Source: Gemmatimonadales bacterium | GTDB lineage: Bacteria; Gemmatimonadota; Gemmatimonadetes; Gemmatimonadales; GWC2-71-9 | Direction of reading: 5' to 3' | Assembly (NCBI GenBank): GCA_050732995.1 | Contig: JBOHSA010000136.1 | Location: 1 to 12,521, forward strand | Length of the DNA stretch: 12,521 bases | The notes under the pieces: model-generated | Seen by the model: only the letters and a program-made list of their open reading frames with translations | What the model was told of the DNA's origin: nothing | The model's database searches: none | Part shown: positions 1-7,983 of the stretch, piece by piece | How the letters are laid out: each line of letters opens with the position of its first letter | Position numbering within the stretch: the first letter of the stretch is position 1 | Translations under genes and position numbers: made by a program

Positions 1-17
1 GGCAGGAGACCGATCCC

Positions 18-1163
18 GTGCTCGAACGCCACCATTTCGCCCAGGACGTCGACAGTGGCCAGTGGACGATGACCGAACTGTGCCTGCGCTACGGCATCAG
101 CCGGAACACCGGCTACAAGTGGCTCGACCGCTACCGCCAGAACGGGCCGCGCGGACTCCACGACCACAGCCGGGCCCCGCGCTCGTGCCCGCACCAGACG
201 CCCGCCGACATCGTCGCGCTGATCCTCGAGGAGCACACGCGGTTCGGCTGGGGCGCCCGCAAGATCTTGAAGCGGCTGCGGACCCGTGACCCGAGGCGGG
301 CGTGGCCCGCCCGCAGCACGATCTTCGATATCCTCGCGCGCCACGACCGGGTGCAGCGACGGCGCCGCCGCCGGCACTGGAAGCATCCGGGCGCCGCCCC
401 GGTCCACACCACCGGCCCCAACCAGCTCTGGACCATCGACTTCAAGGGCCACTTCCGCACGCGCAACGGGATCTACTGCTACCCGCTGACCATCATCGAT
501 CACTTCAGCCGCTACTTGCTGGGCTGCCACGGGCTGCTCGATGTGGCCGGCGCCGGGGTGAAACCACACCTCCGCGACCTGTTCCGGACGTGCGGTCTCC
601 CGGAGGCGATCCGCAGCGACAACGGCGCGCCGTTCGCCTCGACCGGCATCCATGGGCTCAACCTCCTCAACGTCTGGTGGCTCCAGCTCGGCATCACCCA
701 CCAGCGCATCTCGCCCGGCAGCCCCCAAGAGAACGGGGCTCACGAACGGCTGCACAAGACCCTCAAGGCACGTGCGACCAAGCCACCGGCCGCCAACCTG
801 AACACGCAACAGCGGGTCTTCAACGCCTTCCGGCAGACCTACAACGAGCTCCGGCCCCACGAAGCCCTCGACGACGAGACGCCCGCCTCGCGCTGGGTGC
901 CGTCCCCGCGGCCCTATCCCGAACGCATCGCGCCACCCGAGTACCCCGGCCACTTCGAGGTCCGGCGCGTCAGCAGCGCCGGCACCTTCCGGCTGCACGC
1001 CGGCCAACACTTCCTGAGCCAAGCGCTCAACAACGAGTACATCGGGCTGGAAGAGGTCCAGGACGGCCTCTGGAACCTCATCTACTACGAGACACTCCTC
1101 GGCCGCTTCGACGAACCCACCCACACCATCACCGGGGCCCCCTCCCTCAAGAAAAAGTGTTAA
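18..1163 (+). CDS. IS481-family DDE transposase (N-terminal HTH plus integrase-core/rve domain); possibly slightly 5'-truncated by the window edge
   Basis: Translation shows an N-terminal HTH-like segment (LCLRYGISRNTGYKWLDRYRQNGPRGLHDHSRAPR). It is followed by an rve-like catalytic core with candidate DDE residues: TIDFKGHF, TIIDHFSRY and SPGSPQENGAHERLHKTLK, the last resembling the IS481/IS3-type NGxxER motif. The first start in the track is GTG at 18, but the frame has no stop back to nt 3. Confidence 0.8.
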   Translation: MLERHHFAQDVDSGQWTMTELCLRYGISRNTGYKWLDRYRQNGPRGLHDHSRAPRSCPHQTPADIVALILEEHTRFGWGARKILKRLRTRDPRRAWPARSTIFDILARHDRVQRRRRRRHWKHPGAAPVHTTGPNQLWTIDFKGHFRTRNGIYCYPLTIIDHFSRYLLGCHGLLDVAGAGVKPHLRDLFRTCGLPEAIRSDNGAPFASTGIHGLNLLNVWWLQLGITHQRISPGSPQENGAHERLHKTLKARATKPPAANLNTQQRVFNAFRQTYNELRPHEALDDETPASRWVPSPRPYPERIAPPEYPGHFEVRRVSSAGTFRLHAGQHFLSQALNNEYIGLEEVQDGLWNLIYYETLLGRFDEPTHTITGAPSLKKKC

Positions 1164-1165
1164 CC

Positions 1166-1199
1166 ATGTCCCCGGACATTCTGTCACCTATGTCCCCGG
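1166..1199. repeat. Direct 10-bp repeat ATGTCCCCGG (1166-1175 and 1190-1199), the first copy forming a 6-bp-arm palindrome ATGTCC-CC-GGACAT (1166-1179); candidate IS right-end region
   Basis: Read directly from the sequence, immediately after the transposase TAA at 1161-1163. Whether this is the terminal inverted repeat cannot be decided without the left end. Confidence 0.3.
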
Positions 1200-1229
1200 T
1201 TGCTCAGTCAAACAAACACATTGGAGTGG

Positions 1230-1964
1230 CTAACGAACCACGCGAATCGTCGCAACCGAGGAAAGAAGCAAGGTTTGCGAGGCAGAGTCTGGCGTAGTTC
1301 CCATTGCTTGTATGTAGACAGCAGGTTGGACTTGCGCGTACGTGACTACGTAATAACCCCCGATCCTGGGCTCGGGCGACTGTACCTCAAACAGAGCAAC
1401 AGGCAGAAAGCCTAGCGCGGTCTCCACCCGGCACTCGCTAAACCCCACCTGTCTCACTTCCGCTCCTCCGACCGCAGAAGTGGGATAGCCTTCATCAGGA
1501 CCAATCCAAATAGCGAAACCTGACGGCGGGACATTAGGCGCGCTGTGGCCAAATGAATCCCAAGAGCCAAGGAGGTGTCCCCAATGCTCTGAAGAGTCCG
1601 CGAACTCTTCGGGATCATCGTCATCGGGATCCCGGGGGTGAGAATACCAAGACGGTGTAAAGCCCGGCGGTAAACGAAGAGCCACGGCCTTGAGGTAGCG
1701 TGACTCGATGGGTGTTTCCACTTCCTCCCATTCGATAGTGTTCGCTTTGAGGTCAAGGGGGCAAACAGGAGCATCAGGAGCGGCGCGGATCGATCCGTGA
1801 GGAAGAATCCTTGCGGAATCCTTGATCTGCGGAAAGGTGCCGCCGGGCATCGAATCAACCATGAAGACCAGAGTCGTATCGGTACGAGTTGACGCTCGCG
1901 GGGTGGCGAGGCGGTGTGAACAACCAGCTCCAAGCGCCAACAGAAGAGGAAGAAGTACGCGCAT
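1230..1964 (-). CDS. Hypothetical lipoprotein (244 aa) in the lower-GC island
   Basis: N-terminus MRVLLPLLLALGAGCSH is a signal peptide plus lipobox (L-G-A-G-C). The rest of the protein has an acidic stretch (DPDDDDPEEF) and no motif I recognise. It is preferred over the overlapping alternate-frame ORF 1454-1933 because of the clean signal peptide and greater length. Local GC is clearly lower than the window average. Confidence 0.55.
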   Translation of the reverse strand: MRVLLPLLLALGAGCSHRLATPRASTRTDTTLVFMVDSMPGGTFPQIKDSARILPHGSIRAAPDAPVCPLDLKANTIEWEEVETPIESRYLKAVALRLPPGFTPSWYSHPRDPDDDDPEEFADSSEHWGHLLGSWDSFGHSAPNVPPSGFAIWIGPDEGYPTSAVGGAEVRQVGFSECRVETALGFLPVALFEVQSPEPRIGGYYVVTYAQVQPAVYIQAMGTTPDSASQTLLLSSVATIRVVR

Positions 1965-2094
1965 TCCTTCTCACCCGCGGCCTAACGGATCGCGCTTAAG
2001 CTGCGGCACGCTGAAGAAAGATTCATTCCTCAATCTACGCGCGCCGTCAGCTTCAGGCGCTTGTTAGGCGGCACGCTTCCGGCAATGACCATCG

Positions 2095-2628
2095 TCAATC
2101 GGCACATTCGTACGGAATGTAACGGTACGCTTCTGACTCCGGACGACCGGCTCCTACGTATGCCAGGATTAGGAGTCCATCACAATCTCCATGGTCGAGC
2201 CAGAAGTCTTGAACGTGAACCGTGGAGTCAGGCCGCGGAACGAGGTCGACGTCCTGTGCAAAGACTTCCTTGCCGTTGGCGCGCGCCCAGAGGCCGATCC
2301 GAGCCACCCGCTTCTCTTGTGGCGCCCACCTCACCGTGACAGAGATGCGCAGGCGGAGCTGGGCGACATTGAAGAGGCTAACTTGCGCGTTGTCGATGAT
2401 GTTCGGAGATACTGGCGTGCTGTCGCTAGTGTACAGCCGAGCTTCGACAGAAGCGATCCGAAAGCCGCGTACGGAAGCGGTGCTGTCGCGAGGCGCCGCA
2501 ACCGGATTCAAGTTGCTGTCGCGGTGAGTCGGCGGTGGGTTAGTGGAACTCTGATCACACCCGGCGGCGCCAGGTCGGCAGCCGAGACTGAAGAGGAGCA
2601 GTGCCACGAGACAAAGGAGATTCCGCAT
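2095..2628 (-). CDS. Hypothetical lipoprotein (177 aa) in the lower-GC island
   Basis: N-terminus MRNLLCLVALLLFSLGCRPG is a signal peptide plus lipobox (L-S-L-G-C), followed by a Pro/Ser/Thr-rich linker and then a globular part with no recognisable motif. Same orientation as the neighbouring lipoprotein gene, separated by a 130-nt spacer. Confidence 0.55.
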   Translation of the reverse strand: MRNLLCLVALLLFSLGCRPGAAGCDQSSTNPPPTHRDSNLNPVAAPRDSTASVRGFRIASVEARLYTSDSTPVSPNIIDNAQVSLFNVAQLRLRISVTVRWAPQEKRVARIGLWARANGKEVFAQDVDLVPRPDSTVHVQDFWLDHGDCDGLLILAYVGAGRPESEAYRYIPYECAD

Positions 2629-2847
2629 GGGCGTGCCGCCTAACTTATATTAGACTGACTCTGGGGCTCCTGCACCCACGTCCTACCGGCTGCCTAAGTG
2701 CATCCGGCCGGGCTCGCAGCTGCGGAGCCTAGGTTGCTTCTGTATCCTACGTTCCACGCGGAACCCCTGGCTAGTGTCGGCGGGAATAGGCTGCAGCGCG
2801 TGCAGCCTAACCCTCAATCCGCCTAATCCCAGGACGCTGCAGCACAG

Positions 2848-3267
2848 TCACCGCAACACGTACAAGAACACAAAGTTGTAGATCCCCGTCACCAACGCGA
2901 GACACCACACCAACACCACGTACGGGCCCGTGTGCCGATGGAGCGACCGCAGCCTGGGCACGGCGCGGCTCGTGAGTTGCCACGCCATCCCCGCAAACGT
3001 CGCGAACGCGAACGCGAGATGAATCTTGAAAAACGGCAACGCCGTGAGCGCCGGCCGCCGCGCGCTCGGCTCCATCAGAAACCCGAACGACACCACCACC
3101 CCGACCGTGATCGCGACCGCCGCGACCATCAACGCGGCGTGCAGACCCTGCCGACCCCGCCGTACCCGCGTGGCGGCGTACACCAGCACCGGCGGACCGA
3201 CGAGCGCCCAGCTGAGCGCGACCAGCGCCGGCCACGGCGCGCTCACCGCGCCCGCTCGATCGGCCAC
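2848..3267 (-). CDS. Small polytopic membrane protein, DUF420-like (139 aa, about 4 TM segments)
   Basis: Four hydrophobic segments. The segment RVRRGRQGLHAALMVAAVAIT resembles the RRG...HR..M conserved region of DUF420 proteins, from memory and not verified. Overlaps the 3' end of the upstream gene by 25 nt, so the start codon is uncertain. Confidence 0.45.
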   Translation of the reverse strand: MADRAGAVSAPWPALVALSWALVGPPVLVYAATRVRRGRQGLHAALMVAAVAITVGVVVSFGFLMEPSARRPALTALPFFKIHLAFAFATFAGMAWQLTSRAVPRLRSLHRHTGPYVVLVWCLALVTGIYNFVFLYVLR

Positions 3268-4358
3268 CGCCCCACCACCTTTCTCCCCGCTCCCCGCTTC
3301 CCTCCGTCGACCACCACGTACTCGTCATGGTGCGCGACCGTCAAACAACAATGATTGGGCACGATCTCGACCTGCTCCCCCACGCGGAACCGCCGCTCGA
3401 TCGCCTCCGGCGCTTGCGCCCGCACGATGCCGTGCTCCTGCGACACCGACGCCAGCGTCAGCTCGGGATGGGCCCGAATCTCCCCCATGGCCGGCGAGAG
3501 ATTCAGGTGCGTCGGCCCCACGTCCTTCGACAAGGCCAGCGCCCCCGCGTCCACTACGAAGTGCGCCGCTCCCGGCTGGTGCGATACCACCGTCGCCAGT
3601 ACCGTCACCCCGACGTCCTCCGGCCCGCAACACCCGAGGTGTACGTTCGTGCGATCGTTGAACACGTAGCTGCCCGGCCGCGCCTCCGTCACCCCGGTCA
3701 AATCCTCCACCGCCGCCATGGACGGCGTCGACCCCACACTGATCTCCCGCACGGGCACGCCATCCTTCCGCAGCAGCTCGGCAAACCACACCATCACCCG
3801 CCGCTCCTCCTCCGCCACTTCCGCCGCCGCGGCACGGCCCGTGGTGTGATAGGCGTGCCCCGAATGACTCAACAATCCGTCGAACGCGAGGCCCTGCTCC
3901 CGCCCCAGCTCGCGCGCCACCTCGAGCGCATAGTGCGACGCCGGGTCCACCCCCGCGCGATGGTAACCGCAGTCCACCTTGAGAAAGACGTGCAGCCCCG
4001 TGCCGGCGAGGGCCCGGGCCGTCGCGAGGTCGTCCACCACTACGCGCAACGTGGCGCGCTCGGCAATCCGGCGCACGCGGGGCAGATGGCTCGGGTCGAG
4101 TGGAAACGCCCACGTGAGGTCGTCGAATCCCCCCCCTCCTTCTCCTGGGGCGAACGCCTCGGCCTCGGCAAGCGTGGATACCGTCACCCCCCGCGCCCCG
4201 TGCGCCAGCTGGCGTCGGCCCAGCTCCACACACTTGTGGGTCTTGATGTGCGGGCGCAGCGCGACTCCCAACCGCTTGGCGCGGTCGGCCATGCGTTGGA
4301 TGTTGCGCTCCACCACGTCGAGGTGCAGGAGCAGCGCCGGAGTTTCGATGTCGTGCAT
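3243..4358 (-). CDS. PLP-dependent D-serine dehydratase-like / D-threonine aldolase family enzyme (alanine-racemase-like N-terminal domain)
   Basis: N-terminal MHDIETPALLLHLDVVERNIQRMADRA and the PLP-lysine motif LRPHIKTHK are typical of the fold-type III DSD1/D-threonine-aldolase family. Length about 371 aa fits. The ORF track starts it at GTG 4409, but I prefer ATG at 4358 (cat at 4356-4358) because family members begin near MxxLxTPALL. No strong RBS is seen at either start. Confidence 0.75.
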   Translation of the reverse strand: MHDIETPALLLHLDVVERNIQRMADRAKRLGVALRPHIKTHKCVELGRRQLAHGARGVTVSTLAEAEAFAPGEGGGGFDDLTWAFPLDPSHLPRVRRIAERATLRVVVDDLATARALAGTGLHVFLKVDCGYHRAGVDPASHYALEVARELGREQGLAFDGLLSHSGHAYHTTGRAAAAEVAEEERRVMVWFAELLRKDGVPVREISVGSTPSMAAVEDLTGVTEARPGSYVFNDRTNVHLGCCGPEDVGVTVLATVVSHQPGAAHFVVDAGALALSKDVGPTHLNLSPAMGEIRAHPELTLASVSQEHGIVRAQAPEAIERRFRVGEQVEIVPNHCCLTVAHHDEYVVVDGGKRGAGRKVVGRWPIERAR

Positions 4359-4416
4359 AGCCTGTTCCGCAAATGCGGGTGTTGAAAGGTTGCGCGATCC
4401 GAACCTCACCGTTCAA

Positions 4417-4458
4417 TTCCGCGTTCCGCGTTCCGCGTTCCGCGTTCCGCAATCCGCA
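4417..4458. repeat. Tandem heptamer array: TTCCGCG x4, then TTCCGCA and ATCCGCA (minus-strand reading GCGGATT GCGGAAC x4 GCGGAAT)
   Basis: Read directly from the sequence. It lies in the 104-nt intergenic region between the M24 peptidase stop (4463-4465) and the DSD-like gene start (4358), so it is in the DSD promoter/leader region. A further GCGGAAC copy and the palindrome CCGCAAATGCGG (4364-4377) sit immediately 5' of the ATG. Confidence 0.85.
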
Positions 4459-4462
4459 ATTG

Positions 4463-5827
4463 TCACTGCCGCACCAGATGGAACTCGGTCTGCCGCCGCA
4501 GCACCCAGCGCATGCGTCCGTCCGCGGTCAGCTCGGCCTCCTCTTCCTGCGCCGACCGGACTGGCTGATTCTCCCACTCGGGCACCGGCGTGGTGGCCTG
4601 GAGCTCGATCGAAAACCAGGTGCCGGGCAGGAACCGCGTGTCGCCCCGACCCGGCACGCCTTCCTGGTGATCCCACAGCCCGATGAGCGGGCCCGCGCCG
4701 TGCCCGCGGTCGCCGATGGGATGGGTGTATACCGTCCCGGTGATGCCCGCGGCCCGCATGCGCGCGAGCGTGGCGGCGAGCGCTTCGTTGCCGCTCCGCC
4801 CGGGACGGATCTCCTCGAGCAACAGGTCCTGCAGCCGGTTCGAGTTGCTCAGGGCGCGCTTCAGCCCTTCAGGCGCGTCGCGCTCGCCCTCCCGCAGTAC
4901 GTAGCCCATGTGCTGGGTGTCGGTGTTGAGGCCCAGCGCCGTGATTCCGAAGTCGCAATGCAACACGTCGCCCCGCCGGATCACCACGCTGCCTGAATCG
5001 GACAGGTCCACGCCCCGGCGCTGCACGCTCACCGAGGGCTGAAACCAGGTGGAGAGCCCCAGGTCGTTCACGCGCTGCCGCATCCACCACACGACGTCCT
5101 CCGTGGTGGTCCGGCCCGGCGTGATCACCCGGCTCGAAAACGCCGTCCCGATGATGTCCCACACGATCTCTTCCATCCGCCGGTACACGGGGAGCATGGC
5201 GGGCGCGCGGATCGCCTGATAGTCGTGCGCCAGGTCCTCCACCCGCACGACGCGGTCGAGATACCCGGGCGTCAGCGCCCGCTGCATCTGCTCCCATTCG
5301 CCTACCGAGAGTCCGTCCGAGAAGGCGTGCGTGTGGGAGATGTCGACGGCGATGTTCCTGGGACTCCGCTCCTCGACCACGCGGCGCAGCAGATCCCACT
5401 GGCCCTGACCCACGAGCTCCGGCCGGCGCCCGGTCGTCGGGTCGATGGTGTCCCGCGCCGTGTACACGCGGTACATCCCGCCTTGCGAGCTGCCCCCCAG
5501 CGCGAGCCGCTCGAGCTCCTGCCCGGCGCCCCGGTCGAAGAAAACATAGATCGTGCGCCGGCGGGCGAAAAAGGTGGTGGGGGACACGAGCGCCCAGAAC
5601 ACCGGATCTTCGTTGTACTCCCGCATCGACACGACCCACAGCTGGACGCCGTGGCGGCGCATCAGGGCGGGGAGCACCGAATCGAGCCGGTAGCGCAGCC
5701 ACTCCTGCTGGACCGCCGCCTGCTCGCGCAGCGTGCCGAGTGGGCGGGTCGGGGAAACGGTGAGCCCGGGCATCGGGGTGGTCGCGACCTGCGCGAGCGA
5801 GAGCACGAGCGCGGCGGCAAGGAGCAT
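4463..5827 (-). CDS. M24-family metallopeptidase (Xaa-Pro aminopeptidase/prolidase-like) with N-terminal signal peptide
   Basis: Signal-peptide-like N-terminus MLLAAALVLSLAQVATTP. Pita-bread-fold metal-ligand pattern: HCDFG...GLNTDTQHMGYV (the two Asp), HPIGDRGHGAGP (His) and WFSIELQ (Glu). Length 454 aa. Confidence 0.75.
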   Translation of the reverse strand: MLLAAALVLSLAQVATTPMPGLTVSPTRPLGTLREQAAVQQEWLRYRLDSVLPALMRRHGVQLWVVSMREYNEDPVFWALVSPTTFFARRRTIYVFFDRGAGQELERLALGGSSQGGMYRVYTARDTIDPTTGRRPELVGQGQWDLLRRVVEERSPRNIAVDISHTHAFSDGLSVGEWEQMQRALTPGYLDRVVRVEDLAHDYQAIRAPAMLPVYRRMEEIVWDIIGTAFSSRVITPGRTTTEDVVWWMRQRVNDLGLSTWFQPSVSVQRRGVDLSDSGSVVIRRGDVLHCDFGITALGLNTDTQHMGYVLREGERDAPEGLKRALSNSNRLQDLLLEEIRPGRSGNEALAATLARMRAAGITGTVYTHPIGDRGHGAGPLIGLWDHQEGVPGRGDTRFLPGTWFSIELQATTPVPEWENQPVRSAQEEEAELTADGRMRWVLRRQTEFHLVRQ

Positions 5828-5836
5828 GGGGCGATC

Positions 5837-7090
5837 TCACGAAGGGGTGGAAGAGGAGGGCTCCCAGGCCCGGAAGCGGGCGTGGGACAGGAACAGGGCG
5901 GCTCCCCAGAGCAGCAGCAGGGTCCAGCCGATGACGCTGTACCCGCCGATCCAGTGGTGCAGCGTGGTGCCCACGATGTCCCGGCCGCCAAGCCCGATGG
6001 CGACGAGCAGCGCGGCGAGGGCCGTCCAGGCGACCCGCCAGCCGCGCGGCAGCGCGGCCCGCGGGATCGCGAGGAAGGCGTAGGCAACGAACAGCAGGGT
6101 CACGAGGTGTGATTTCCAGGTCAGCGCCGACAGGAGGTGTCCGGTCAAAAAGACGCTCGAGAGCTCGAACACGGACAGGGGCTGACCGCGGGCCCGCAGC
6201 CAGACGAGCGTGGCGCCGAAGCCGAGCGCCACGGCGAGCGCCGCGCCGGCAGACAGCGCCTGTCGCGTCGCGTCCGACGCCGGGACGACCCGATAGTCCG
6301 AACCGCCCGGCTGCTGCGGGGGGCGGGTCAGCCGGTAGATCGACGCGCCCAGACTCTGGTTCAAGTAGCTCGCGTCCACCCGCCCCGCGTGGAGCCCCGC
6401 GATCACGGTCGCGTGATATTCCTGTAGATCCTGCACTCCGCGATCGAAGCCGCGTTGCAGGATCGGCAGCGCGAAGGCCGTCGCGGCGAATGCCGCGACC
6501 GCCAACGCCTCCCGTCGTCGGCCCCGCACGAGGAGCCAGACGACGAAAAAGACCGGGATCAGCTTGAGCGCCGCGGCCCCGACGAACGCGCCCGCGGCGG
6601 CGACGTCGCGGCCGTCCAGGTGCGCCGTGATGCCCAGCAGCACCAAGACGAAAAGCGGTACGTCGATCTGCACCAGGTTGAGGTTATTGAGGTAGAACTG
6701 GCCCGTGCAAACCAGCGCCGCGACGAACGGCCAGCGAGGTCGCTCGCTCTCCGGCCACACGCGCCGGAACACGCGGCGGGTCAGCACCAGCGCGACGGCG
6801 ATCAACGCCAGGTTTGCGAAGTAAAACAGCCCCGCCGCCACCTTGAGCGGGAACAGCGCGATCACCTGGAACACCATGGCCGCGAACGGCGGATAGGTGG
6901 GCGGTCCCCGCACGTCCGGTCGCAGCACGTAGACCGGCTCGCCCGACCGGAAGAGCTTGCCGGCCATCCACTTGGCGTGGAGGTCCGTACCCGGGCGCTG
7001 GTCCGCCGCCCGGATCGCCGACAGCGCTGCGCCGCCCGCGATCAGCGCGGCGAGGACCAGCAACCGACCGGGGCGGGGCGCCCTACTCAT
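5837..7090 (-). CDS. Polytopic membrane glycosyltransferase, GT87/DUF2029 family (PimE-like polyprenol-phosphate-sugar-dependent mannosyltransferase fold)
   Basis: 417 aa with about 10 hydrophobic segments. The N-terminal region DLHAKWMAGKLFRSGEPVY...PTYPPFAAMVFQVIALFP closely matches the conserved DUF2029 N-terminal pattern (D-x-H-x-Y..G.......Y......YPPF/TYPPFAA) as I recall it. Not checked by HMM. Confidence 0.6.
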   Translation of the reverse strand: MSRAPRPGRLLVLAALIAGGAALSAIRAADQRPGTDLHAKWMAGKLFRSGEPVYVLRPDVRGPPTYPPFAAMVFQVIALFPLKVAAGLFYFANLALIAVALVLTRRVFRRVWPESERPRWPFVAALVCTGQFYLNNLNLVQIDVPLFVLVLLGITAHLDGRDVAAAGAFVGAAALKLIPVFFVVWLLVRGRRREALAVAAFAATAFALPILQRGFDRGVQDLQEYHATVIAGLHAGRVDASYLNQSLGASIYRLTRPPQQPGGSDYRVVPASDATRQALSAGAALAVALGFGATLVWLRARGQPLSVFELSSVFLTGHLLSALTWKSHLVTLLFVAYAFLAIPRAALPRGWRVAWTALAALLVAIGLGGRDIVGTTLHHWIGGYSVIGWTLLLLWGAALFLSHARFRAWEPSSSTPS

Positions 7091-7481
7091 CGAGCCGGCG
7101 CCCGCGCACCTCGATGCGCTGGAACCGCTCGATGCGGCCCGACCCGCCGACGAACGCCGATGCGACCCAGCTCGTGAGCCCCACCACGATCGCGCCCAGG
7201 GTGGCGGGGAGGAGCCCGCTCAGGCTGAACCCCGGCACCAGCCACGCGACCAGCGCGAGCGAGATCCCGTTCACGACCAGGATGAACAACCCGAGCGTGA
7301 GCACGGTGATGGGCAGCGTCAGGATCAGGAGGATCGGCCGGATCACGGCGTTGACGATGCCGAGCAGCAAGGCCGAGACGAGCAGGCCGCGCCAGCCGTC
7401 GATCCGGAGGCCCGGGACGATGGTGCTCGCGGCCCAGAGGCCGAGCGCGGTGATCGCCAGGCGGTAGAAGAACCCTTTCAT
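7083..7481 (-). CDS. PF04020/DUF360 family membrane protein (YvlD-like, often annotated phage holin family 4)
   Basis: 132 aa with 4 TM segments. MKGFFYRLAITALGLWAASTIVPGLRIDGW...LLLGIVNAVIRPILLILTLPITVLTLGLFILVVNGISLALVAWLVPGFSLSG matches the B. subtilis YvlD-type pattern (G..NA...P.L..L.LP....TLGLF.LV.N......A.LVPGF). Its stop overlaps the GT87 start by 8 nt. Confidence 0.65.
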   Translation of the reverse strand: MKGFFYRLAITALGLWAASTIVPGLRIDGWRGLLVSALLLGIVNAVIRPILLILTLPITVLTLGLFILVVNGISLALVAWLVPGFSLSGLLPATLGAIVVGLTSWVASAFVGGSGRIERFQRIEVRGRRLDE

Positions 7482-7500
7482 GGTGCCGGAAACATAGCCG

Positions 7501-7983
7501 CTAGGGGCGCCGTCCGGCCACGAACTGCGCCGTGACCCCCGGCCGCATGCGCACGCCCATCCGCTCGTCGAACAACACGGCGCCTTTGAGCGAGTCCCGG
7601 CCGTACCAGTGCGCGCCGATCCCGGCGAAGGGCCCGAGGTCCGCCGGCCAGCCCAGCACGATCATCTGCTCGGGCTGGCCGAACCAGGCCACGGCGAGCG
7701 TCTCGGCCCGGGGCACGGCGAAGATGATTGATCCCCGGAACACGCATTCCCCGCGCACGACGGTCGTGCCGGTGTCGAGCATGAGGTCGGTGAGGGTGAA
7801 CCGGTCGCCCAGGCCTTCCGGCAGGGTGAGCGTGTCGCCGCGCGCCACCACCCAGTGGCCGGCGTAGGGCAGGGAATGGCGCCGCAGGCGGCGGAACTGC
7901 TCCGAGCGGCACGGGTCGCGCGGCCCGCACGCGGCCGTCGCGGCGGCGACCGCGAGCAGCACGGCGCCGCTACTTCTTCTCAC
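7501..7983 (-). CDS. Hypothetical lipoprotein (160 aa) embedded in the flotillin operon
   Basis: GTG start at 7983. MRRSSGAVLLAVAAATAACGP is a signal peptide plus lipobox (A-T-A-A-C). It overlaps the flotillin 3' end by 14 nt. The alternate-frame ORF 7478-7930 is Arg/Pro/Ala-rich junk and is rejected. Confidence 0.5.
   Translation of the reverse strand: MRRSSGAVLLAVAAATAACGPRDPCRSEQFRRLRRHSLPYAGHWVVARGDTLTLPEGLGDRFTLTDLMLDTGTTVVRGECVFRGSIIFAVPRAETLAVAWFGQPEQMIVLGWPADLGPFAGIGAHWYGRDSLKGAVLFDERMGVRMRPGVTAQFVAGRRP

Larger units (their letters stand above)
1..1200. mobile_element. Partial IS481-family insertion sequence; left terminus lies outside the window, right terminus presumably within about 1164-1200
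   Basis: A single long transposase ORF fills 18-1163 and is still open in frame back to nt 3. GC falls sharply right after the stop, and short repeats and a palindrome sit just downstream of the stop. IS481-family elements are about 1-1.5 kb with a single transposase ORF (established). The left IR cannot be seen, so the exact boundaries are unknown. Confidence 0.6.

Noticed and set aside
1200-1415. 71-aa plus-strand ORF between the IS end and the lipoprotein gene (considered as a possible small toxin/antitoxin or IS-associated gene)
   Set aside because: No RBS, no recognisable fold or motif, Arg/Lys-rich composition typical of antisense translation. It overlaps the 3' end of the minus-strand lipoprotein gene.
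1454-1933. Alternate-frame ORF 1454-1933(-), 159 aa, inside the 244-aa lipoprotein gene
   Set aside because: It is shorter, has no signal peptide or other features, and overlaps the frame that has a clean lipoprotein N-terminus.
2640-2850. 210-nt spacer with several hairpins checked for a tRNA or small structured RNA gene
   Set aside because: No tRNA-like T-arm/GTTC-type consensus or cloverleaf-compatible stems. The hairpins are short and better explained as promoter/terminator elements and the GCGGAA-family palindrome. Nothing supports calling an ncRNA from sequence alone.
2807-4452. Long overlapping ORFs 2807-3328(-), 2932-3354(+), 3026-3661(+), 3325-4452(-), 3327-4385(+), 3979-4686(+) from the six-frame track
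   Set aside because: Their translations are dominated by Arg/Pro/Gly/Ala runs (for example RRRGGIRRP, PPRPLRSAPLP) with no domain-like segments. They are the expected shadow ORFs of a roughly 70% GC region and overlap the well-supported DUF420-like and DSD-like genes.
4417-4458. Tandem heptamer array considered as a CRISPR-like or minisatellite array
   Set aside because: The units are 7 bp and contiguous, with no spacers, which is far too short for CRISPR repeats. It is reported as a simple tandem repeat / candidate operator instead.
7478-7930. 150-aa ORF in the other frame of the operon lipoprotein gene
   Set aside because: A Pro/Arg/Ala-rich repetitive translation (RHAHPAGRPGRPVHPHRPHARHRH). 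The 7501-7983 frame instead yields a signal peptide plus lipobox and fits the operon spacing.
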